Below are positions 12,475-22,860 of a stretch of 64,000 nucleotides of DNA, one piece after another. This DNA comes from Oikopleura dioica (lineage: Eukaryota > Animalia > Chordata). Location of the stretch: NCBI GenBank assembly GCA_907165135.1, contig OU015568.1, positions 7,998,001 through 8,062,000 of the forward strand. Direction: 5' to 3'. Position 1 is the first letter of the stretch; the number at the start of each line of letters is the position of its first letter. Under the pieces are notes generated by a model, which had not been told where the DNA came from, did not search any database, and was given only the letters and a program-made list of their open reading frames with translations. The position numbers were made by a program, and so were the translations under genes.

Positions 12475-12864
12475 GAATCTAGGACAAAGGGATTAGCAGC
12501 CCGCTAGAAATAGAACGCGGCAGGAGAGCCTAGTAACCAATGGCAGGGACTCCCAGGACGCAGCAAAAGGTGACAAAGGCGCCCGAGAGCACCTGGTTTC
12601 GAGCGGGTGCACCGGAATCACGCAGGTTCACTCTAAAGGTTCTTAGCCTGCAGCTAAAACCTAAATCGAGAAATTTAAAATAGAGGCTTTTTCTCAGCAG
12701 AAGCATTACCAATAAGACTCCTAGCTGAATCAAAAGACTCACCCGCCCACCATCCCTGAAATAAGCAGTAAAAGTAGGGTAAACGAGCACACGCCCTACA
12801 TACTGCCCAGTCCTTATCCTTAGAAAGACATTTCTCTACCACAGTATTGTAATTGCGCGTGCTC

Positions 12865-12909
12865 GGGAATATTCCCATTACCATTGTTATTTATGCGTGA
12901 TTATAATAC
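12865..12909 (+). repeat. 45-bp direct repeat copy 2 (B2, element right terminus)
   Basis: Identical to 12430-12474. Host coding sequence begins immediately after. Confidence 0.95.
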
Positions 12910-13720
12910 AGGGCGAGCCCTTTGAGATTTGCCAGCCAGTTGTGGGTGTGCATTTCACGGAAGTGTCCACTTTTTGGCCGGTTGAGCATGATGCCTTTTT
13001 GGGTTAGATAGGTATAATCAAAATATCAATGAAGATTTTCTAAAGGTATATTTTTAACCATTCCTTACAAGTCACCGAGCCTTTCTTACTTTTGCATCTC
13101 CACTGAGCACCAGAATCTGCAATAGGAAACTCTGTGCTAGCATCTTCTTCTTTGCAAGAAATTTTACTACACGCATCTTGCCAGTATTTGCCTAAATCGC
13201 TGCTCTTGAACTTCCCATTTTTCTCGAAGCATGTCACTGATCCTTTGCTGCCTTCTTCAGCATCGCAAAGAACATCATAAACTGTGCTCGTTGGAGAAGA
13301 AGACACAGAGAGGATGGAGCCTTTGGAAATTTGCATCGAATCAGGGCAAGATTTGACAATTTCAGAGCATTTCAAAGGGTCTTTTGGGAAGCTTTTTGTT
13401 TTGAATTTGAGATCCTCGGGATTCTCTGTTTTGCAGCGGACGAAAACTTCCGGGATTTTCTTCTTCCAGTTCCCTACTAAGCCGTCATCACAGATGGCGA
13501 AACACTTCACATCTGACGCTGAATTTTCTAGCCCTTCGCAATCTCCAAAGTGACCGTTTTCAATTTGCATCTCTTCTCTTGCCAGGAAATTTTTCATTTC
13601 TCTCTCGCAGGGTCTTTCTGTCACCGTCCGGGGAAAATTTAACGGTTTTATTTTGTTCTCCCATTTGTCTTTCCATGCTGATTCAATAGAAGATATCTGG
13701 GCAAGAATAAAAAGCTTCAT
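12910..13720 (-). CDS. Secreted Cys-rich modular protein (possibly house/oikosin-like), 3' end abuts the YR element
   Basis: ATG 13720 with short hydrophobic leader; repeated C..C..G...C..W..C modules. GA-AG intron 13063-12995 gives TCK|ASCSTGQKVDTSVKCTPTTGWQISKGSPC. Confidence 0.7.
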
Positions 13721-14865
13721 TTTTGAAATAGAAATGTATAAAATGAAGGCTTAAAAATTCGCGTTATCGCTACTACTAGAAGAGGGCGCTGCAACAAGCG
13801 GGGGTCCCCTAAGTGCGGCTAATTCCCAATTGGACTTTCTCAAGAAACACTGATGGATTGATAAGGCTCAAGCGCCTCAAAGAACCTGATGGAGCACGTG
13901 TAAACACGTTAGCGTGTTTTGTAAAGCTTGATAAAAAAGCTGAACAGCAAATGTCTTCCTTATAGGATTTGGTCCACTTGCAAGCCTCTCAAAGATATAT
14001 AGGATATCAATAATATTATGCGCTTGTCTATGTGCTTGTCTGACATTTTCCTGCAAGAATTAAGTAAAGACAAGAAGCTGTATAAAATACACGTTCACAT
14101 AAGTAGCGGTGAGCGCGAGGGTGAAAAATGCGACCCGCGCGGCAACTCGTAGCGGTGTACCGGACCGGCAACTAGTAGCGGATGGCACAGTACTGTATTT
14201 ATACTGCTGAATTTATTTCTAAACATTAGCGTATGAGTTTATTTTCAATAGTCTTGAAGCTGTTAGAATAAATTGCTGAAGGCATCGATGAAATTGAAAT
14301 TGAATGTTACGGGAAAAAGTATAAACAGTAGAAATTCTAACTAAAGTAAATACAAAAATAATAAACGAGCAAATAAATTGTAAGAAGAAAAGGGGATTTG
14401 TTGGAGCTTTTGTTGGAGGCAGGGTTCTAAATCGACTAGTCGAGTTTCGACTAAAGTCGAAGTCGAGTCGAGTCTTAGTCGAAAAGACTAGCTCGACTCG
14501 ACTTGGTTGCTTGTGAGAAAAAGTCGACTCGACTCGACTAGAAAATCATATTGATTTCGACTTAATTTCGACTAGTCGAATAAGTCGAAAAAGAAGTTAA
14601 AGATGTAGTCGAAAAAGTCGAAAATCAAGTCGAAAAAGTCGAAAATTGAGTCGAAAAAGTCGAAAATCAAGTCGAAAAAGTCGAAAATTGAGCCGAAAAA
14701 GTCGAAAATTTAGTCGAATAAGTCGAATTGAAAAGTCGAAAACATTCGGCAGTGAACTCAAATCTTTTCTAGATTTTATAAAAATAGTAAGAATTTTCTG
14801 AAGATATCATATTTCATATTTTTTTAGAAGCGCTTCATCGGTCGCCATCTTTCTTTTTACCTCGC

Positions 14866-15955
14866 GCACCCTTGTTCGCTCCTCCTCACCCATTTATCCC
14901 TTGCTCGCCGCGAGACCGCCAAAGTCTAGCTCGGATTGGGTCGCTCTTACTTTCCATTAACCCGATAACGAGAGCGGGAGCACTAAGTGCTCCCAAAGCT
15001 AGTTGTTGCATTGTGATTTTCTTCAATTTTGAAGATAATCCAAGAATTAAAAAAAACTTAGATTCTAGCACCTATTCCTCACTTAGTTTGACTTTAAGAA
15101 ATCTTCATACTCTTTATTTAATCCCTATTTTTTACAAAAAAGGAGCAAATTTTTGCAAATTCGTCTCGAGAACTCAATGTTACATAACATTCATCAAGAG
15201 AGCGCGCGTTCTTTTCGCGTTTTTCCTCACAAAAAAGAGTTCTCAGGAGTTCTAGACCGAGCATTTTTCAAAAATCCGACGAAAGCGCCGTCTTACAGAC
15301 GAAGAAAACAAGCAGTTTTGCCCTCTTTTTGCTTAAAATTGTTCTAGATGGCCCGGGTGCACTAACTGCTCCCGCTCTCGTTATCGTATAATTTCAAACT
15401 CGCGTTATCGGGTTAAGCTTTTCATAAAGAACAATATTTTCGATTTTCATGAATATTTTGACAGCAACTAAGCTTGATCGTGTGACTTCATATGTACATT
15501 TTTACTCAAAGTAGTCGGATCTTCAAGTTCAGGCTGGTTCTTTAAACAAACGCCGCGGAAATCCCCCGTAAACAATGCAAAAAGAGCTTATTTCACCCAA
15601 GCCTTCTTGGTAACCCAGATTTATCCGTTAACTCTTTCGAGAAATCTCAATAAATGAATTTTGAGAAAAAAGCATGAGATTTTTAATGAAGACAGTCTCA
15701 AAGTTTCAATCCAAGTTTAATTTCAAGCCTTCTTGCGGGGCTTCAAGAGCGAACAAGGGATAACACTGAGAAAGGCGGGCGAGCAAAGGTGCGCCGTCGA
15801 AAGCAAGGAGGGCGAACAAGGGGGCGTAGAAAGCAAAAGAAGGAAAGCGAGCAAGGGAACTTTGGTGACAAAAAATGAGCGACCAAGGGGGGTCTTGTTG
15901 GAGTTTAACTAAGCGAGTAAGGGAAAAATGTTCACAAAATGGGGGCGAGCTAGGG
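14866..15955. repeat. Inverted array of cccttgYtcgc / gcgaRcaaggg motifs (inner foldback-like element)
   Basis: Two copies on the left (~14869, ~14898) and about seven reverse-complement copies on the right (15749-15955). Termini not defined. Confidence 0.55.
14961..15412. mobile_element. piggyBac-like MITE
   Basis: TTAA|cccgataacg ... cgttatcggg|TTAA. Extended inverted match cgataacgagagcgggagca / tgctcccgctctcgttatcg. Confidence 0.85.
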
Positions 15956-16799
15956 GGGCGGTACGTTATATCCTTACTATTTAGTAATAAATTTTTCTGA
16001 TCTCGACTTTTCGACTTTTTATTCGACTTTCGACTTTTTCGACTTATTCGACTTCGTTTCGACTTTTCCGACTTAATTTCTTATTTTTTACAAAATTTTC
16101 GACTTTTCGACTAATTAGTCGAATAAGTCGACTCGACTCGACTCGACTCGACTTAGGAGTTTCACAAAGTCTTTCGACTCGACTCGACTCGACTAGGGAT
16201 TTTTCGAGTGACTAGCGACTCGACTCGACTCGACTTTTGATTTTGGGCTCAGATTTAGAACCCTGGTTGGAGGAGTTTAACACTAGAGATAATAAATGTA
16301 TATAAATAGCGCTAGCCCATTCGAGTGCGATGGCACTAAATGGGCCAGTATGCGGGAACAGGTTATTTTCTGAAGAGAGAGAACTGATTAACACGTATGG
16401 AACTGAGGAGGAGGCGAGAATACCGAAATACTGAAGCAATAATAGATATTGATTGAAGACGAATTAGGTGAGAGAAAAAAACTAAAAAGCACCGTCATCC
16501 ATATGTACAGTAACTACTGTCAGAATGTCAACTACGCTTGCTTATCGAGGCGGACGTAGACTGCTCGTAGGAATATTTTCTTTTGATGGCCATTTTGTCC
16601 AAGGAGCTGCTTTTGTCGGTGGATGTCAAACTAGTCAATTGAAATTTGAAGCTATCACTTTGAACTATTGACAGTTTTACAACACTTTTCGAGCATTTGA
16701 CACCTTAAATTTTGGGTCACAAAAATAAATTCGACAAAAGCCCGAAAAAATGAATAAAAAGCAAATCTTGCAACAAACATGCAAATAATATACAAAATA

Positions 16800-18560
16800 A
16801 TGATTCCGACACATACCTTACCTGTTAAGAATCTCCAGCAATTGCGGAGTCTTAGAGGTATCAAAAGGTTCACGAGTAATTGGGCGGTAGCCCTTTGCCG
16901 ATCCCCCTTTGAGCTGGTGCAAACGAGCGGCTTTCAATTTGATTTCATTGAGCTTTTGAGCACGGCGTTGGGTGTCGAAGCATCGTGCATCGTCGCACAG
17001 GGCGATGTTGATGTTGTTGAAGTCGTGGGCGTTCGAGTATTCCTTCAAGATACAATGAAAAACATGTCGAATACAAATCGACTTACTTCTATCAGAAGAC
17101 GATTAGATTGCGAAATGAATTCACTCGGAAACTGTGATACTTTTACACTAGAACTCCTAGACAGCGTCAATTCCAGCGAGCAACCCCAAGAGCTAGGATT
17201 TATAAGGTAAATACGACTAGTTTTTTGACGCTAGTTACCAGAACTGAATGATTCCTCTAGAACTGATGGCGATATAAACACTATTCGGTATTTTCTTGAG
17301 ATTTTCGATCACCAGTTGGACGCGTTTCCAAGTGGCGAGTTGAGATAAAATGGCGGTGATGTTCTGGACCTTGGAGAAAGTGAGGGATCGTGCGAGCACG
17401 ACTTTTGACAGGAAGAGGTTTTCTTTGAATTTTGCTTGAGTTTGGGCTTGACTCGGAGAAAAAATAATATGAATGTCAGGTAGTTGGCAAGCATACTTCA
17501 ATAAGTCAATTTAGAAGAGCGTCCCTTTCCTAATTTTGCAGAAGTAAAATCAGTGACTTTTGCCTGATTGAATTGTGTGAAGCTTGCTGGGCTGAGCAGA
17601 ATGGGCTTTGAGAAGAAGAGTTGATACTGGTGCTCCGAATCGGAGGACAGCGAGAGTTCTCCGAAAAGATCTTCTGTCCCGTTGCTTGAATCAATTTGAT
17701 TGGAAATAATTAGATTCTCTCTTACCCGAAAGAATTCAAAATCGGCACTCTGAGAAAGTTCATGCCCGCACGGAGATGGCAGCCAGGTACAAGTAGATTT
17801 ACTCGGTTTTCACATTCCTAAGAAGCAAGTTCATCTGCTGACGGCAAGATGGGATTATGAACCTGTAAAAGCCGCTTTCTGCTGGCTATTTTTGAAGGGG
17901 TTCTGTCACTCTTTGATCCAAAGAATTCCATTAGTCTCCTTTAGAATGAGCGAATTTAGAATCGGTTAATTTGAAATCTACTCGCCTTATTTTCGTTTCA
18001 ATCGTGTTCCACTCTCTTTTCTGCAGACTCTCGCTCGTCGCCTGACACTCTTGCCACTTTCCCTCGGCAAAGTTCCCGAAATTCATCGAATTTATGAAGC
18101 ATTGCTTTACGTGGCCAAGAGTGAACTTTAGATAGATGTAGTTTCCTTCGTGGACGAACAAATCTTCGCAGTTTCCATTTTGACTGGCTGATTTTTGAAG
18201 ACCGACTTTTACAAAAGCTTTCAAAAAAGAATTTCAAATCAAATTTATCATATAAAAAGTCATACTCTGAACTCAACAACCTGTGTAGAAACCTGAGTCA
18301 GGGTCAGGATTCTACACAGGTTGCGAGACCCAGCAGCCAGTAAGCATAAATGAAAGCGCTTTCCTTCAAAATGTTGCTCCTTGGCGAGTCGTCTGATTCT
18401 GATGAACAACTCCTGGCTCCACTGATCCTCGGAGAGATTCCTGACATCGATGCTGCTCTCGAGCTTCTTGACGAGATCTTCTGGCCACGGGGACAGCTTC
18501 ATGGCGATGGCCGACCAGCGAGATTTCAGCATAACTCACGACGCATTTCGATTCTGAAAG
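16800..18560 (-). pseudogene. Decayed minus-strand coding remnant, probably TE-derived
   Basis: Series of protein-like minus-strand ORF fragments (18260-18532, 17931-18224, 17235-17501, 16818-17048) broken by in-frame stops. Family not recognised. Confidence 0.3.
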
Positions 18561-19222
18561 GATAAACTTGGTGTTTTACTATTTTAGATATCGATAAATA
18601 GGCATAGATATCTCTGAAGACACATCACATGATTCCGGTCCCGTGATATTAATTTAATTTTATTTTTTTCCAACCAACCGTACTACAAAGACCGTGTCCT
18701 TTGTGAAGCGTTTTCGATCAAGTTAAATGATCCTTGCTTGAATAAGCAGATCAAATTCGCTGAAGTTAAATTTCTGTAATGGAGCATTTGTAATTCGCTT
18801 TCTTCTGGCGCTCCATTACATCTGCCCGCGAAAGCGAATTATGTTTTTATGTTTTCAATCTCTGCCTTCATTCGAAATTGTCCACTCTAGGTGAGAGACT
18901 GTTTTTCCTGTTTTTGAACTTTCATTTAAAATCTGTACTTAGGGCTGACGAAGGTCCACTGAGACCGAAACGCGTCCCAAAAAATAAATTTCAATCATCA
19001 ATTTAATTTTCACTCAAATTTTCTATCGATCTCTCTAATATTCTTATTCGTCTTTGACAGTAAGTTACTGTAAATCAGAGTATATTTTCTTATTTTACTG
19101 AAAGCAAAAAGCCGGTTCTGTATCTCCCCGGCGATTAGCTTCGATTCGCTCTCGGTAAATCCTCGTTTCGCTCGATTTCGACTCGAAAAAAATGGGCACG
19201 TCGCCATTAGTCACGTACGCGC

Positions 19223-19245
19223 TGACGTCATAAAAGTGTGACTCA
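19223..19245 (+). promoter_or_regulatory. CRE (TGACGTCA) and AP-1 (TGACTCA) sites upstream of the plus-strand cluster
   Basis: Exact motifs at 19223-19230 and 19239-19245, about 180 bp before the DnaJ ATG. Confidence 0.45.
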
Positions 19246-19419
19246 TTTAAGATTGAAATGATGCAGAAAGAAATCTTCTGGAAATTTGATTAGAGATCTT
19301 GCCATAGAAGATTTTCTCATGAAGCCTTTTATTTTTTGAATTTAATTTTATCGAGAAAATTGAAAAATTTTAAATCAGAAAATACTTTAGATTTATTTTC
19401 ATATTTTTAGATTAAAATT

Positions 19420-20016
19420 ATGTTACGAATTCGTTATCGGAGAATACCTCAAATTCTAGTTCCTGTTCGTTCGAATCATTACAAAACACTTGGAGTAGAT
19501 CGCCACGCGACGCAAGAAGAGCTCAAGAAAGCGCACAAGGTACTGCTTTTCAACTTCACTTGCATTTTGATCATTTCCAGGTTTTAGGCTCTTGCTCGAA
19601 AATATCACCCTGACAGACCAAACGGAGACGAAGCCAAATTCGTGGCTGCTCAAGAAGCCTATACGATTTTATCCGACTCCTTGACGAGAAAAGACTACGA
19701 CGAAAGCATCTTCGGCGTTGAAAAAGAAGCGTACAAAGCAAACGATGAGAAATTCATGGCCCAGGGCGTGCCCAAACGCGCTCCGGGCGAAGCCTTCGTC
19801 TCCGGCCAATACGAAGAGGCAAACAATCAATTTGACCGGTTTGAAAGAACAGTGAAAAATAGAATCTTCCTTGTCAAATCTCTCGCTGACAATCCTTTCC
19901 AAAACTTGGCGAAGTTGATCATCATTTGTACAGTAATATACGGACTGGACCGGGGATCAGAAAATGGCTTGCCTGGCTTTGTTCCGAATATCTTTACGAA
20001 GAAAATGAACGGCTAG
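19420..20016 (+). CDS. DnaJ-domain protein (probably mitochondrial)
   Basis: MLRIRYRR leader; NHYKTLGV...KKAHK|ALARKYHPD...AYTILSD. Intron 19540-19587. Confidence 0.85.
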
Positions 20017-20055
20017 TGGAACTTCCAGGTTTGTAGAAAATATATCGAGAATCCG

Positions 20056-20763
20056 ATGATCTTTGTAGAAATCAAGAAGCTGCTTGCGGCTTTGGGCGAA
20101 AATTACATAGAAAATTAATCCTTTCTCAGGAACGGAAGGCTACAAAGCAAAGCAAGAATACATCGAAAGACTAATCGCAGAAGTCCCAGAAAACCCTCAA
20201 GATCAATACGCCGAATACGGAATAAGAAAAGACTGGCTGATAGAATTCTACATGCATGCAACGAGAGCACAGCTCCGTGGCGAAATCCCGACTCTCCAAA
20301 CGGCGCTCAGATATTTGCCCTTCGTCGGAATGGATTTTTTAAAAGGCGAAATTCCGTTAAACCCGGCGGACGATTTTCACGACGGTTCCGCGAAATGTAT
20401 TATCTGCCAGTTTATCTATGGACAGATCTCGAAACATTATCCAGCCGAGTTTTTGGAGCAGCATAGTACCCGTTGTGCTGAGTTTTTGAGGAGCTTCTTG
20501 CCTAGTAAAAATGTCGATATGCAGTATGAAACTTTTAAAGGTAAAGAAATTTTATTTGATCACCATTCATCCCTACGCTAGTCGATAATCCTGACTACAT
20601 CGAACACGCAACAGGAGAAAGAAACAAAGATGGCCGTCAATTGCGTCACAATCCACTGACAAACCAGTACGATTATGGCGATAAAATCCACAACAGAGAC
20701 GTTTTCTACGGCGATGTCAATTACGAAATGCACAGGCGAAAGCGCGATCTCAAAAATTACTGA
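20056..20763 (+). CDS. Unknown protein with saposin-like Cys pattern
   Basis: Exons joined by a GC-AG and a GT-AG intron; CIIC...C motif in ORF 20252-20581. Start uncertain. Confidence 0.45.
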
Positions 20764-20888
20764 AAAACAAGAGATTTCCGTTGAAACGAAAAAAGCGACA
20801 CCCTGAAGTAGCGCCATCTTAAAAACTTAACGCGACCGTTTCAGATTGGGATCGAGAAAACAGTCTTGATTTGGAATTGTTGAGAATA

Positions 20889-22689
20889 ATGTTGAGTTTT
20901 TTGAGAAAAGAGCAGCAGGGAGGCGCTTTCGGCAGTCCGCCAAGGCAATCATCCTCGCCAAAAAGAGTGTTACCGAGTCAGGAATCGTATGTAACTGGAC
21001 AACCACTGCTGTTTAACATATTATAACTTAAAGTTATTCTTTAGGGTCGACGATTCCGACCTTCCAAAGCCGAAATCAAGTAAAATCGCCGATCAGCTCA
21101 CCGGAGCGAATCTTCTCTCGAAGATTTCCTCCGCAGTTTCCTCGTATTGTCCTTCGCCGGGGATCAGAATGAAAAAGAAGAAGAATTTTGGATCGAGAGG
21201 TAAAACATTCACACTAGGAGTTATTTTGATCGATTACTAGAGGATGTCTCGTGGCGAACAACGGGCAGTCCATCGGCGTCTAGGAAAGGTCTCGTGACAA
21301 AGCGATCTTCCCGTCCGACGACGCCGATTATGAGTAGAAAGAAAGCCCTGACGAAGGACGATTACAAGGAGCTGATTGAAATGCACTCGAGAAACTTGAA
21401 AGAGACGCACTCAGCGCTGAGCTTGACGTTTGTGGACTTGACGGAGGAAGATCTTCCTTCCTTCAAAAAGTCATGACGGTAAGAGCTTGTGATTTTCAGG
21501 AGACACGTGATAATCTCACGAGTGATCTCAAGTCTTTCCTTGAAGAGATATAAACTGATTGTTCAGCCAACTCCAGCGCAACGAGTTGCAACGAGATTGA
21601 AAATTCTGGAAGAGAAGGAAAACAGAGCTCCTCCAGAATTAAAGGATACGCCCAGCTCTCAAGAGGGACCATTCCTGACTCAAGAGCAATTGTTCTACGA
21701 GATCCAGGACCGAGAAATCGGCGAAGAAGTGGCTAAGCTAGAGAAGGAATTGGAAAATATCCGTCGCAAGAGGGTAAAAATGCCGTTTAAAAATCAAGGC
21801 TTATTGTCAATAAGTTATTGAGTAAATTTTAGGAGGAAATGAGAAAATCGCGCGAGAAAAAGAATGAAGCTTCTTTAGAAGCGATTCTTGCGAAGTACTT
21901 GCACATAAACGAGTCTTTGCCGCCCATTCCAGAGCTGAGTGAGGAGCACCTCGCGATCGTCGAGTCCGTTTGGTCGCGAGGACGCGATAAAATCATATCT
22001 GAAATCGCTGGCGAGGAATGCAAGAAGAGTGATCTCGCGACGCTCAGAGGTGAGTTAGATCCGTTAGGGGCAAAGGTCAAACGACGTATCTTTAGGCACG
22101 CAATGGTTGAACGACTTGGTCATCAATTGTTACTTCAACCTGATGATGCAACGCGCAGAGGCCGACAGCGAACTTCCGCGAGTCTTTTGCTTCAAGACAT
22201 TCTTCTACCCCAAAGTGAAACAAAACGGGCACAAGGGCGTCAAACGCTGGACGAAGAAAGTCGACATCTTCGCTATGGACAGACTGCTCTTTCCGATTCA
22301 TCTCGGTGTTCATTGGACGATCGCAGCGGCTCTCATGAAGGAGAAGAAGGTGATTTATTTGGACTCCATGGGTGCATCGAACGAAGAATGCAGAGAGCTC
22401 ATTCTCGAGTATCTTAGAGTTGAGCATGAAGGTACCTTTCAGTAAGTTATTGTCCTCTCATATTTTTTTAGTCAAAAAGGGCTCGGAACTGTCCGATGAC
22501 TGGATCACAGAGTCCTGGTCTCACGAAGTGCCACAGCAAGACAATGGCAGTGATTGCGGAGTCTTCACCTGCAAGTTCGGAGACTATCTTTCCCGAGGCT
22601 TCACCAAGTTCAACTTCAAAGCCGAAGACATGCAGACTATGCGAAAAGCAATTCTGGTCGAAATCGCCCAAAAACGCATGATCTTTTAA
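20889..22689 (+). CDS. SUMO protease, Ulp1/SENP family (peptidase C48)
   Basis: LNDLVINCY, IHLGVHW, IYLDSM and QQDNGSDCGVF catalytic motifs; multi-exon low-complexity N-terminus. Confidence 0.9.
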
Positions 22690-22860
22690 ACTTCTTTCAA
22701 TTCCAAATTCTCTGTTCATATTTATTTTCACCGCCTTCCATTTAGTTTTTCGTACACTGCCCCTTACAAAAAGCTATTCAATAAAAAGCCCTACTTTTGA
22801 AAAAAACTATATTGAATCATTTGTTTTGTTACAGATTGAAAGTCGGCTCATTCGGTAATC

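Larger units (their letters stand above)
1..12909 (+). mobile_element. Giant tyrosine-recombinase (PAT/DIRS-like) retrotransposon, 5' end outside window
   Basis: Spliced RT (DDKKG|FHQ, YLDD), RNase H (YTDAS...KEALA...CDND), DIRS-type MT domain (DIDVAAT|PLNNKC...YAFPP) and YR (TGAR, SSKTD, HSGR, RW..Y). 45-bp direct repeat at 12430 and 12865. Uniform A-rich, GANTC-rich composition from base 1 that stops at ~12909. Including 1-5900 in the element rests on composition and intron style. Confidence 0.85.
14420..16265. mobile_element. Non-autonomous hAT-type TIR element with TCGAC subterminal arrays
   Basis: 14-bp TIR cagggttctaaatc (14420-14433; reverse complement 16252-16265). 8-bp TSD gttggagg on both sides. 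Inverted gtcga/tcgac arrays at ~14430-14740 and ~16000-16235. Confidence 0.92.

Noticed and set aside
1-12909. Bacterial or phage contamination suggested by GANTC enrichment and a recombinase
   Set aside because: Numerous spliceosomal introns restore the frames, and the block joins directly to an intron-containing host gene.
14100-14185. Short gcaact(c/a)gtagcgg repeats
   Set aside because: Only two or three short copies with no definable termini or TSD.
14430-16235. TCGAC arrays as CRISPR-like or satellite arrays
   Set aside because: No unique spacers; they are inverted subterminal repeats bounded by TIRs and an 8-bp TSD.
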